A stretch of DNA of 64,000 bases, taken from NCBI RefSeq assembly GCF_001194135.2, contig NC_068988.1, positions 13,535,459-13,599,458 of the forward strand. The letters are read 5' to 3'. Each line of letters starts with the position of its first letter. Position 1 is the stretch's first letter. A program made the translations under genes and the position numbers. This document shows positions 38,100 through 50,272 of the stretch, piece after piece. Under the pieces are notes generated by a model that saw only the letters and a list, made by a program, of their open reading frames with translations, had not been told where the DNA came from and made no database searches. This stretch comes from Octopus bimaculoides (Eukaryota).

Positions 38100-38880
38100 A
38101 TTACACACTATCTCATCAATGCACTTCACTTCCCTACTATCACTATATCTCTACCATCATGGCACCTGTGTTATGAGGGATGACATCACATTGGATCTGG
38201 CCATATTCCATTCTCTCTTCTTTGATGTTAGTCATCACTCCCTCCCCAATTACTTCTCCTCCTCCCGTACTCATTATTAACATCCATCATTATTCCTATT
38301 CCTTTACCATCACCCAACTTCATTGCTATCTATTACCCTCTCACACATAACTCCCTTTCTCACTCACACCTGACATCCATCACCCTCTCTTCCTCCACTA
38401 TTCTCCCATCAGAACTGTCATCATTATCTCTTTTCCCATCACATCACAGTTCCTACCAAATCTCCTTCCCAACACTCACCATACAGATGTCTATTACACT
38501 CTCTTCTTTAGCCTTTCACTTCCATCGCTGTGGCTCTCTTCTGTTATGCTCCAATCTATCAATCTCTCACTCAAGACCTTTCTCATCACTCTCTCTTGTA
38601 TCTGCTGGGGTCAAGACAACTCTCTAACACTGATGAGCAAATGAATGGAGGCACTGAGTGTAGGTAGTAGTACTCTTCAGTCTTTTCAGAGGCAAGATAA
38701 CCTCTTAAGTGTTGGTGTCATGATAAAATGCACCCAGCATACTCTGCAAAGTGGTGGGCAAACAAAAGAAGATAACGTAGAATGAAGAGGATATTAGCCT
38801 TGCCAGGGATAGGGCAGCCTCTCTAGTGCTGGTGTCACAATAAAAGAGGACCCAGTGCATTCAGTAAAGTAGCTGGAAAA
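38100..38880 (+). mobile_element. Degenerate pyrimidine-rich element with two RTE-UTR-like motifs
   Basis: CT-rich body like the reverse complement of 5640-5935, then GGTGTCA...AAAA..GCACCCAG..ACTCTGCAAAGTGG at about 38706 and again at about 38830. Confidence 0.5.
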
Positions 38881-39444
38881 CAAATAGAAACAACATATGT
38901 AGAGAGGATCTTTTGCCTAGGACATGATACCCCTTTCAAGTGCTGGTACAAAAAACACACACATGCAGCAACTCTTGTGCCGGTGCTAAGGTGAAGCAGA
39001 AAAGCTATAACGTTTAAAAGTTTATGATTTAGTTTCCAACATATTTTCGAGTTTAAGCACAGCAAACAATTAAAAGACAATTTCGATTTAAAATAGTCCT
39101 AATGACTAAAGTAACTGATTAGAAAATGTTCATGCCCATTTCTAACTGTATTTATAACAGATATGTTAAAAATTGCATATATTTATTCCCATCGAATTTA
39201 ATATTATCAAAAATGCTTTGTTCTCTTTTACTTTCATAGGAACACACACACACAAAAAACTATTTAGAAGTATCAAGAAATATGAATATAAGTCTATTTT
39301 ATGAAGTATCTTAAATATGAATGTAGAAAAAAATTGGCTGTCTACCTTATTTCCCTCCAAGGATTTTTTTTATTTGTTATGAGCTATTGTTTATATCTAC
39401 ATTCACATTTGAGATACATCATAAAAAAAGAAGAGATTATATAA

Positions 39445-39663
39445 ACAAGGGTGACTGAAAAGTTCCTGGGTTTGGGTAAAAGAAAATACTGAAAGATCGA
39501 TTAATTATGATTTTATTCAACATATTCCCCCCACAGATTCATAAACTTACTGCAGCAGTTGTTCAGTTTTTCTCAGCCCTATAAAAGAACTTGGTAGGTA
39601 CAGCCTCCAACCAAGCCTTTCACGATACCCTTAAAGCCAAGAACTTTCCAGCCCCCACCTTGT
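39445..39663. mobile_element. Mariner-derived MITE, about 220 bp
   Basis: Imperfect TIRs of about 35 bp (ACAAGGGTGACTGAAAAGTTCCTGGGTTTGGGTA / TACCCTTAAAGCCAAGAACTTTCCAGCCCCCACCTTGT); the minus-strand interior reads EKLNNCCSKFMNLWGEYVE*, like a mariner transposase C-terminus. Confidence 0.85.
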
Positions 39664-39668
39664 TTGCA

Positions 39669-39700
<32 letters not shown>

Positions 39701-39706
<6 letters not shown>

Positions 39707-39823
39707 TTTAAAATGCAGAGATGCCTATAATAGGACATCTAACCCGCTAGAAAGAGCAGTTATTATAGGCATCTCTGCATTTTAGATGTCCTATTATAGG
39801 CATCTCTGCATTTTAAATGAATA
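39701..39823. repeat. Perfect 41-bp inverted repeat with internal partial duplication
   Basis: 39701-39741 is the exact reverse complement of 39783-39823; 39761-39783 repeats 23 nt of the right arm. Confidence 0.97.
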
Positions 39824-40094
39824 ATACATAGTCTATTGACTGTTTTTTACTCTCGCTAGACCACTGGTGGTAAATAAAATTTCTAAAATTTTTTTTGCTA
39901 CCCTATAATTTATTAATATATATATATATATATGTTGTGAAGAGCAAGTCAAGTGGGACTTCAAGTTTTGCCAATCAGCCCTCACCCTTGGTATAGAATT
40001 GTCCCACTAGTAAATGTAATGTCATTCTTAACATCAATTTAACATTATATATATATAAGAGGAAAAGTGGCTGATGCTGGTAGCATGTGTAAAG

Positions 40095-40392
40095 CTCCTT
40101 TCGAGTGTTGGGTCTCATGGAGGCAGTGACCGAGACTTTTGGCAGTGTGTCGTGCTGGAGAAGAAGACCCATCAAGCCAAGTAAAATTGCAGCTGTGGCA
40201 GATACCGGTGTCATGCAAATTGCACATAAAAGAACCCATTTCACTCTCAGAGTGGTTGGTGTTAGGAAGGGCATCCAACCAGAGAAATTATGCCAAATCA
40301 GACTGGAGTCTGGTGCAGTCTTCCAGTTTGTCAACCCTTGTCAAACCATCCAGCCCATGCTAGCATGAACAACAGACGCTAAATGATGATGA
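40095..40392 (+). mobile_element. 5'-truncated RTE LINE: ORF end plus 3'UTR
   Basis: LGLMEAVTE and GTGCTGGAGAAGAAGAC ORF end, then GCACATAAAAGAACCC...GTGGTTGGTGTTAGGAAGGGCATCC and a tail CCCATGCTAGCATGAAC...TAAATGATGATGAT. Confidence 0.85.
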
Positions 40393-40722
40393 TACACACA
40401 CACACACATGTTGTTGTTGTTATTATTATTATTATTTAAAACTATTTGATTCAGCTCCATGTGATTTAAAGTTCTGCAGGCTACTAATACACACACACAC
40501 ACAAATAAATAAATCATCAGTAGTTCATATATCTGAAAAAAGAAGCACACTCTAAAACACTAGAGCAGTAATATAATTTTGTTTTAGAAGGTTGATTGTT
40601 ATAGCTGGTGACCATTGGTTTCGTGCCTGGGGCCATTTGAGTGTTACAAGTCACCGACACAGCTAAGCACTTTATAGGCACAAAACAAATGGTCACTCTC
40701 TGACCAGCCATAACAGTCAACC

Positions 40723-40725
<3 letters not shown>

Positions 40726-40772
<47 letters not shown>

Positions 40773-40895
40773 GTATGTATGTATGCATAAACGCATACTT
40801 ATATCAGAATGTGTATTCATACATATACATAAATGTGTTTATACATATATACATACACAACATATACATACATATACAATATGTACATGCATATG

Positions 40896-40946
<51 letters not shown>

Positions 40947-41134
40947 ATGTGTGAGTGACAAAAACAAATGAATAGACAAATGTATATTATTAGAAAGACT
41001 GGGGAGATGTATAGCTACACATGTGTTGACGATATTAATTTAAATTCAAATGGCAATTAAGTTTAACAACACATCCTATTTAATAAGCAACTTTTAATAT
41101 TTGTATAGCATTACCTTATCTAATAGCTATCATA

Positions 41135-41222
<88 letters not shown>
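40726..41222. repeat. Cluster of (TA)n and (CA)n microsatellites
   Basis: Runs at about 40726-40767, 40897-40943 and 41133-41222. Confidence 0.95.
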
Positions 41223-41227
<5 letters not shown>

Positions 41228-41835
41228 AAATATAGGCGGTATTCAGGCAGGAAGCAGAAATGTAGTAGGTACCACTTACATTAGCAGTAGACAGAAGGTG
41301 GAATTTAAAATATGTGTGGAATGTATGAATGATCACCTGAATTGGAGCATATGAAGTTATTGATTATTGAATAACATCGATGAAAAGGCAAAAGTGAATT
41401 GAAGAGTTGATGGATTCTTGAGCAATGATGTTGCTGTGACATGAGAACAAAGAGAGGGATATATGATATGATATGATATATGGCCACTAAAAATAAGTTC
41501 TAAATACATCTGAAATATATTGAATTCAATGATGTGTTTTAAACTGTGCTTACTACATCAAAATGAAATGAAATGTTTTGAAAAATATCAATATAAATCA
41601 AATCAATTTAACAGTCATTGAAATTAGTAAATACACATTGGCTATGTTGTACAAAATGAAAATTACAAGGAACAAGAGCTTTTCCTGATGTAGGAGTCAA
41701 CACATTGCATATCTGTCTATCAATCCATCTACACACACAGATCATTCTTTTCCATCTGTCCACAGAGTGGTGGCAAAAGGAGTAGTGGTACTGTGATGTC
41801 AATGCTTTTTAACTTAGCCCTTTCACAGATCCCAC

Positions 41836-41893
41836 TGAGAGAAGGGGGGAGAGGGAGGGAGGGGGAGGGAGAGAGAAAGAGAGAGAGAGAGAT

Positions 41894-41934
<41 letters not shown>

Positions 41935-41995
41935 NNNNNNNNNNNNNNNNNNNNNNNNNNNNNNNNNNNNNNNNNNNNNNNNNNNNNNNNNNNNN

Positions 41996-42048
<53 letters not shown>
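41836..42048. repeat. (GA)n purine tract spanning a gap
   Basis: GA repeats on both sides of N 41935-41995. Confidence 0.95.
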
Positions 42049-42053
<5 letters not shown>

Positions 42054-42269
42054 CAGAAATTACTCCTATACTACAATGGTATTTTATTTATTAAGCTTAG
42101 CAGGACCTAAACTCAGAATGTAGAGAGCTGTTACAACTATTTCAAGATATTCCATCCAACACTTTAACCACTCTGTTATTTTCTACTTTTGAACATCTAA
42201 TAACAAATTACATGCACAGTTATTGTAAATGACTTGTGTGCCAGCACTATTTTGAGTTAAGAGAGAATT

Positions 42270-42636
42270 GTTTACTTGTTCCATTTGTTGGACTGTAACC
42301 ATGCTGGGACACTGCCTTGAAAGGCTTAGTCAAACAAATTGTCCCCAGTACTTTTTCTTTTTTAAAGCTTGTTACTTATTCTATTGGTCTCTTTTGCCAA
42401 GACATTAACTTATAGGGACATAAACAAACCAACACCAGTCGTCAGGCAATAGTGGGGGGGGGACAAACAGAAACACAAACACACCTATTCACAATGAGCT
42501 TGTGTTTACCACTCACAAGGCATTGATCAGCCTGGGGCTATGGTAGAAGTCACTTGCTGAAAGTGTTGTGCAGTGGGACTTAACCTGAAACCACATAGTA
42601 GCAAAGCAAGCAAACCACACAGTCATGCCTGTGCCT
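42270..42636 (-). mobile_element. Full-length SINE B with tail X
   Basis: TTTACTTGTT...CCATGCTGG...TACTTATTCTATTGGTCTCTTTTGCC...GGCTATGGTAGAAGTCACTTGC...ACCACACAGTCATGCCTGTGCC. Confidence 0.9.
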
Positions 42637-42680
42637 GATGGTGATTTTGGGATAACTTTTCCCTGTGTATAAGCATTCAA

Positions 42681-43070
42681 TAGGAGTAGGCATAGCTATA
42701 TGGTATAGAAGCATACTTCATGATCATATGATTCTGTGTATGATCTCACTGTGTGGCATCTTGGGCAAGTGACTTCTACAACAGCTTTCACATGACCAAT
42801 ACTTTTTGAGTGAAATTTGGTAGGTGGAAACGATACAGAAGCTCATTGTATATACATGTATGAATGTGTATGTTTAGGTTAATCTACAAATCAATGTTGT
42901 TACTTATGCCGTGTGCCTTTATAGTTTCTAATTCAATGGCTTGACAAATAGAGCTTGATAAACAAAATACTTAACTGAAATATGTCTTGGGGGTCAATAT
43001 AGTCGATTATACCTTTGAAGATAGTTGTACCCTGGTGTGACCAAAGTCCAATGATGAAAAAAATACCAGT
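42681..43070 (+). mobile_element. Older SINE B with tail X
   Basis: AGGAGTAGGCATAGCTATATGG...GGCATCTTGGGCAAGTGACTTCTAC...GGGGGTCAAT...AGTCCAATGA. Confidence 0.75.
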
Positions 43071-43974
43071 GAAAGTATTGCTCCATGATATATTGTTTTA
43101 CATTTCTAAGAAAGTTTAAGATTGCTCAATCTTAAGATATTTAGATCAGAAGAATATGCTAAGCATTTATAAAAGTCTTGTAAATACTGACAATGTAATT
43201 TATTCACAAAGGCCTGATAGAAATCAGTGGAAATATCCAATTACATTCTTGTATTCTTGTTTGATAATAGGGTTTATCAGTTCAAATATAACGAGAAAAA
43301 AAAAAAAAGGAATATAAGGAAAAATGTTGAATAAATAGCAACATAAGTGATGTCAATAATCTGATTGATATTTATTCTTTAATATCTCTATTATGTATGA
43401 AGCCAAACCCTGTTGATAGCTTTATCGATGTCCAGTGTTATAAGTGGGAGGGAAAAAATTAAGGATACCAATTGATTATTCATAGTGAAAGGTATATTGG
43501 TTGTATTTTTTAAAAGGTTAGAGAATATATTGCTTAACAATGGGTGCTTTGTCAATGTTATGAGGAAAGGTGATAAGGAGTTATAACAAGAAAAAAATTA
43601 GACATTTTTTTTATTTGTGGTTGGTAAAAAGAAGCAAAACAAAAGACAAATGCAAACAAGAAACAAAAATATTTTGGATAAAGTAGTTGCTCTTAATTTG
43701 AAAGAAAAGACTCAAAGAAACTGACTGTAGCTAAAAATACAGAAAAAATCAGTTCTGGAAACCCGAAGAAGTTGTCAGCATTTAGTGAAGTGGAACTAAA
43801 TTTTTGGTACAGTACAGTATTTTGTAGAATGGCATTTTCAGTAATCAACAAGCTAATTATGTTTAAAAGGTATGTATAAATATGGCATTACTTATTACTT
43901 CCCATTGAATCACAAATGTTCTACTCCTCCCTGGAATATAAGTCTCGTTATCTTTGAAACAACCCTCAGTGATT

Positions 43975-44560
43975 GTTAGTTAGTCCACATAACTCTGTAA
44001 GAATAGGGTCATGACTATTTCATGCTAGTGGTTATGATCTTGGACTATCTACTTGATTTCAGACCAAGGGAGACTGATATGCTTTCACTTCATTCCCCCA
44101 TGCATCCTTTCCAGGTTTTCTTAGATCATATAACTTTCCTATTTCCTCCAGGTTGCCACTTTAAAACTTGTCTTGCAATATTGCTTGGAGGTCTCCTTTG
44201 GGTTGACCAATCCAGCTCCATTTCCATTTCAGAATTTTTTGATTGATGGGAGTGTGGTTCATTCTACACCATAGATTTTTGTTTGAAATTTTGTCTAGCC
44301 ACCAGATCTTGATTATGCAGTACAGATATTTGTTGATGAAGATCTGTGGATTACTCTTTATGGTTTTGGTGACCCTCCAAGTTACTGATCCATAAAGAAG
44401 AACAGAAAACGGAATTGTAATGGAAACTGCAATTATTTCAACTCAAGATATTGCTCTTTGCAAACTGTGCTTGTGTATATAATCTTCTTTTTAGATAATT
44501 CTATAACTTATACGTCTTCAATGAATATAACTAGCAAGTTTATATCCTAAGGTACTCTTT
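43975..44560 (-). mobile_element. Second RTE lineage, C-terminal fragment
   Basis: SVLLYGSVTWRVTKTIKSNPQIFINKYLYCIIKIWWLDKISNKNLW...WKWSWIG matches the RTE YGxETW...W.DKISN...RKWxWIGH pattern. Confidence 0.85.
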
Positions 44561-44586
44561 CTATTTGTGTTTTATCATATTTGGAC

Positions 44587-44639
<53 letters not shown>

Positions 44640-45454
44640 AAGAGCCAAGAAAATACATGTTGATTTGCTACAATAAAATGAATGCAATAAATGAAATAAA
44701 ATATTATAATTTTGAATCAATTTCTTCTACATAAATGTACACATAAACAGAAGAATGTATAATAAGATGGTTGTTATAATCTGAAATGTTAAGTGCTACA
44801 AAACATCTGTAAAGTTAAAATAAAAGTAGAAGTAAAACTCTGTAAAAAAACAAAAAGAAAATTTAAAAAATACCTCCTCCAAGATGCTCAAAGAAAAAAG
44901 TTACTTTTAAGAAAATACTTTCAATATCACTTTGACACAATAAAGCTGCTTTATCGAACTTAATTTCTAGTAAGACAAGAGTTAGATCTTTTAAAGTAAA
45001 GTATTAATTGTACACAGCAGAAGCTTTAGAAAATTCCTGCTAAGATAGATGAAAGTATTGCTGATCATAAACTGTGAGCAATGTGTTTATAAGGGAAGAA
45101 TTTTGTATTTGCATTATTGGATTCTTGAAGAGTAAGAGATAGATTGCTACTACTTATAATAATCTTACTAAGAAATCTTTTATGATGAATGGTGCGACAT
45201 GACAGTTCTAAATCAGAAAGATGCGAAAGAGCTCAAGTAGTCAGGGAAGCTTAGTTGATATACTGATGACATTAAGCTATCAACCATACTTCAATGTTGT
45301 TTAAGATGAAATGTACATTCTCCAAAATATTCATAACAAAAGTATATCAAGCAGAAGGAATTTCAGCAGAACCAAATTGAAAGCATTCAATATAGAATAA
45401 CGTTCATTAAAACACTTCAAATTATACAATTCACAGAAGATTCAATATGACTGT

Positions 45455-45848
45455 ACAGGACAAGCAGGATTGTGTGGTTAAGAAGCTTGCTTAGCAACTA
45501 CATGATTTCAGGTTCATTCTTGCTGCATGGTAACTTGGACAAGTGTCTTCTACCACAGCTCTGGGCTGGCCAATGCCTTGTGAGTGACTTTGGTAGACAG
45601 AAAATGTGTAGAAGCCTTTCATATTTATACAAGTGTGTGTGTGCATTGGTGTTTGCCCCATCTCCATTGTTTAACAAACAGTGTTGGTTTGTTTATGTTC
45701 CAACAGCTTAGAGGTTCAGCAAAATGATCAATAGAATAAGGACCAGACTTAAAAATATGTACTGGGATCAATTTGTTCAACTAAACCCTTCAATGTGGCA
45801 CCTCAACAAGGCCACAGTCCAATGACTGAAACAAGTAAAAGATATACA
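45455..45848 (+). mobile_element. Full-length SINE B with tail X
   Basis: TGTGTGGTTAAGAAGCTTGC...CTTGGACAAGTGTCTTCTAC...ATAGAATAAGGACC...CAGTCCAATGACTGAAACAAGTAAAAGA. Confidence 0.9.
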
Positions 45849-46892
45849 TCTGATTCAAAGAATTAAAGCTTTTGAGAGCAATAATTGCTACTAGTTTTGT
45901 AATTACTAGGAGTCAAATCATTTTTATCTGGTTTCTTTTCTTTTCTATACAAATTACTTACTGCTCTCTAAAAAAACTTATTTTCTATACTTTGCAATGG
46001 AAATGATTTCCAAATTTAGAAATTAATACATTTCCAAACTTGGACCATTTTTTTCCTTAGTAAATTCTACTTTTATGTTTTACATAGGTCATTAATACAA
46101 AAGTCAACACAATCTTTAAATCTATTATGATTTTATGCACATTTCTGATTATTATCAATTAGAATATTTTAATACTATGTTGAATGCAGAAGTCACAGAA
46201 AAATGAATTGGTCTGCTGGATGTGTAATATCAATTTTTAAAAAAGACCGAGTACAATTGAGAAAACAGTTATACATCAGAGGTTTTGGCTAATGTATATG
46301 GATTTCGCTAAGCTAGTATGTACAAGAGATGTAAATAGTTATTTCTATATGAAAATATGTTTTGTGCGTATGGTATTGTAACAAAGATCTCTGAACATCT
46401 AGGAGGTCATATCAGAGAATGCAGAAATGAGGCAGTACAACATCAAAACAATTGGATAATTGATATGTTGCAGATTGATCGGGTGATCTATTTGTCTGTC
46501 TCACACTTCAGGCATTAAAACAATAATGACAATAATGATGTTGACTGTGATGGTGAAAATCTCACATTTTGCTTTTTTTTCGCAATAGATGCTATACCTT
46601 TCACACAGACAATTTTTCTACATCTTTAAAGTGACTGGATCATGCTTATATGTCAATTGTTTAATCATACTATCTTTTTTAGTGATACTGATTCCACCTT
46701 TATGTTGACAATTCAAAATTAAATTCATAAAAATCTTTATCATATGGTAACTATCAGAAAAAATTTGCAGCAGCCTTAAGCTATAAAATTATTGAAGTTT
46801 TAGAAGACATCAAGTAAAAATTACATCATTTTGTATAACAGTTAGAACATTTAATTTAGATGTTATTGAAGATTAAATACATTAAGTGTTAC

Positions 46893-47165
46893 TACTATGG
46901 TTGTGTGGTTGAGAAACTTGCTTTCCAACCATGTTTTCTTAGGTTCAGTTCCACTATGCAGCACCTTGAGCAAGTGTCTTCAACTTCAGCCCCAGGCCAA
47001 CCAAAGCTTTGTGAGTGGATTTGGAAGACTAAAACTGAAAGAAGTCCATCATACATGTATTTATGTAAGTAGGTGTACCCTTGTCTTGACACTATGTGAT
47101 GGTTGTAAATAAGTATCACCACCATACAAATGATGCTGTTCATTTGTAGTTTCCCATAGAAACTT
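46893..47165 (+). mobile_element. SINE B, tail-Y type, 3'-truncated
   Basis: TGTGTGGTTGAGAAACTTGCTTTCCAACC...CACCTTGAGCAAGTGTCTTC...CCCTTGTCTTGACACTATGTGATGGTTGTAAA. Confidence 0.85.
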
Positions 47166-47704
47166 TGAGTATCTCAAATGTAATCGACCATATTTAACTC
47201 ATTCTTTTCCAACTGTGGCATGTCTGCTGACTTATCTATCCAAGTTTTATTACTATACAGTGTCATATCTATAATATATGTATTATATTGTCTTGTACAA
47301 AAGAGAGTTCTTTTTACTGCCAAACAGGAAAGTACTTTTCTAAAGCAGACATGCTTTAGTGAGTCCCCTGATAATACCTTAATCTTAGCCATGTTCAGTC
47401 ACATAGAGTAATTACTTTCCTGTATGAAATAATTGGCTAAAAATGTAACATGAACCCAGCCAATGATTTAAACAGCTAAATAACCACCTCAGACTATCAT
47501 AAAGTTGCCTATATTTGATACTCTTATTAATTTTATCAAGATAATATAAGATGATGTTATGATTAGCTACTTTACCTAGCAGCATCAGAAACTATATTCA
47601 ACACAATTGTCAGATCGATAAATTGGTTCTCAGTTGGTTTCCCTGACAGTAGTCTTTTCTCAAGAGAAAATACTTAAAATATAGGCTTTGCCTCATCACC
47701 ACTA

Positions 47705-47960
47705 CCACCATCATCATGTAGCATTCGCTTTTCCATGCTTGCATGTGTCAGACAGAATTTGTTGAGGAAGATTGTCTACAGCTGGATGTCCTTCTTGTCA
47801 CTAACCTTCACTTGTTTCCAGATAAGATGATATTTCTCATAGCTAGACAAGTATTTCATGGAAAACTGAAAATGAACAACCTTGCTTGTATGATGGTGAT
47901 GCGCACAAGGTTTTGGTCAGCCCAGGGTTGTAGAAACCACTTGCCCAAAGTGCCTTTTAC
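47705..47960 (-). mobile_element. SINE B with tail Y, internally deleted
   Basis: CATCATCAT...TTTTCCATGCTTGCATGTGTCAGAC...GCTTGTATGATGGTG joined to TTTTGGTCAGCCC...CACTTGCCCAAAGTGCC. Confidence 0.85.
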
Positions 47961-48699
47961 TATAGCCCCAGGCCAACCTTATGTATAGTTAAGTGACAAG
48001 TCACACTAATAACATTAGCATAATTTCACAATAATACTGAATCCACCCAAAAAGCATTTTTTCACACACCCCACCGAAACTTACAGAACAAAAGGCTTTT
48101 ATGAACTTGTTTGGGGAGGCAATAGGTGCTTTATTTTTTCAAAGGCAGTACTGTGGATGCTCATTATTTAGAAGTTGATTAAAATTTAATTGGATTTATT
48201 CTTCATATTTTACACCCATTTTCATGAATATAATCAATATTCCTTCTTTTATAAGTGAGATAAAAAAAAAGGCACAGAGCTGTTTCCAACTGCTATTGAT
48301 TTTTAAAATGAAAACAAACCCTTATATATTGGAAATAAGGTGTAGCTTGTGTATTTCAAAACCTGTTAAAAAGTAGTGATATTTTTGATGCAGTTTAATC
48401 ATGTAAAGTTGCATGTGCAAAAGAAACCTGCATATTCAAAAGGAATAATTGTACTTGTTAGTAAAATTTAAATTCTATAGCAATTCTAAAAGATTCATTA
48501 ATTAAGAAACACTGTTTAGATTTTCTTATATCACATTACATTACAATACACACACACACACACACAAACATATATATGTACATGTACACATACAATATAT
48601 GCAGCTATGTATATTTCATGTTTGTGTGTGTGTGCACACATGTATATATGCGCACGCATGTGTGTGTGTGTGTGTGTGTAAACACACAAATATACACTA

Positions 48700-49165
48700 T
48701 TGTTGTTTTAATGCTCACTTTTCCAAGCTTACATGCATTAGTGTGTTTGTAGTAAAGCAGTTTATTATGGCTGGAGGCCCTTCCTGATGCCAACTATCTG
48801 TTTCCAAGTGAGGTAAAAATCTAGCAGTCCATCAAACAATAAACAGCCTTGATATGTTTACATGGAGAACTGGAATCAAATGTGCATTTTGTTTATAAAG
48901 ATCACACAGTGCGTGAAGACATCAAGAAACTTAGAAATGCTTTCATAGCAGGCTGCAAGCAAATGACACCAACAGTGAAGCCACTGTTTACAAACCAGAT
49001 AACTCATACAGAGATTTAAATCATAAACTCTTTCTCAAAAACACACACATACACACATTTATATATACAATAGGCTTCTTTCAGTTTCTATCTATCAAAT
49101 CCAATTGCAAGGCTTTGGTTGACCTACAGCTATTGTAAAAGATACTTGCCCAAGGTGCCATTCCC
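48700..49165 (-). mobile_element. Old SINE B with tail Y, duplicated-module subfamily
   Basis: CACTTTTCCAAGCTTACATG...CCCTTCCTGATGCCAAC...GGCTTCTTTCAGTTTC...GATACTTGCCCAAGGTGCC. Confidence 0.75.
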
Positions 49166-49374
49166 TCCTACAATCATCCACAATTTAGGAGTTTTCCCTA
49201 TTTATTTTCCAAGGTTTTGACTTTCTCAGTGTATTCTTAAATCTGTCCTTATAACTTAATTTTGGTTTGCCTGCTAGTCTTTCACCCTGGGCTAATCCAC
49301 CATACATAAATTGCTTAGAAATCTTATCATGATCACTGTTATGATTAGCAGACTGAATTCATTTATGAAATCTA

Positions 49375-49470
49375 CTTACAAAGCTTTGTTTAGTGTGGGG
49401 GGGCCCAAGATGCAATATAATGGGACTGAACCTAAAACAATGTAATTAGGAAGCAAACTTTTTTATCAGA
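49375..49470 (-). mobile_element. SINE B head fragment
   Basis: ACAAAGCTTTG...GCCCAAGATGC...GGGACTGAACC...GGAAGCAAACTT. Confidence 0.6.
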
Positions 49471-49475
49471 CTGCT

Positions 49476-49476
<1 letters not shown>

Positions 49477-49540
<64 letters not shown>
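49477..49540. repeat. (CG)3(CA)n alternating purine-pyrimidine tract
   Basis: CGCGCG directly joined to a long CA run. Confidence 0.95.
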
Positions 49541-49543
<3 letters not shown>

Positions 49544-49904
49544 TTTCCCCATTTCCACTTCACCAACAATTTAAGGAACAAATCAATGAAATTAATTCCA
49601 ATCCACTTATTGTGACCAGCTTTCATGGCTATAGAATGGATAAATAAATAAATAATATAGTCAAGTTCTGTATAGTGCTGTGCCATAAAATGAAGAAAAA
49701 GGTAACATTTCAGATAGGTACTTTATAACAGGAAGTATCCAGCCTAAAATATTAATCTTCACATCCTCTACCACTAGAGTGTATCCCACTTCAGTTTCTT
49801 TTCTCCATTCCTGTTCTTGATGGTTCAATCCATATGCAGTCTATCAGAACATGTAGTTACAAAAATGATTTGGCTATGATAAAGTTTATTTTCATATATT
49901 CTTT

Positions 49905-50272
49905 ATCAGTTACTTGTTTCAGTCATTGTAGTGCAGTTATGCTGGGCATCACCTTGAAGTGTTCAACAAATCAAGCCCAGTACTTATTTCTTTTAATCTG
50001 GTACTTATTCTATCGGTCTCTTCTGCCGAACAGATAAATCATGAGGACACAAACAAACCAACATCGGTTGTCAAATGGTGGAGATGAGACAAACATACAT
50101 AGATACACACACACACACAACAGGCTTGTACACAGTTTCCATTTACCAAATTCCCTAACAAGGCATTGGTCAGTCTGGGTCATATAGCAGAAGATACTTG
50201 TCCAAGGTGCAGTATAGTAGGACTGAACCCAAGACCAAACGGTTGGCAAGCAAGCTTCTTAATCAGTCATAC
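49905..50272 (-). mobile_element. Full-length SINE B with tail X
   Basis: TACTTGTTTCAGTCATT...GGTACTTATTCTATCGGTCTC...AGAAGATACTTGTCCAAGGTGC...GGACTGAACCC...GCAAGCTTCTTAA. Confidence 0.9.

Noticed and set aside
45100-45330. YTDDIKL, resembling a CR1/L2 RT motif
   Set aside because: Only one short motif with no colinear support I could verify.
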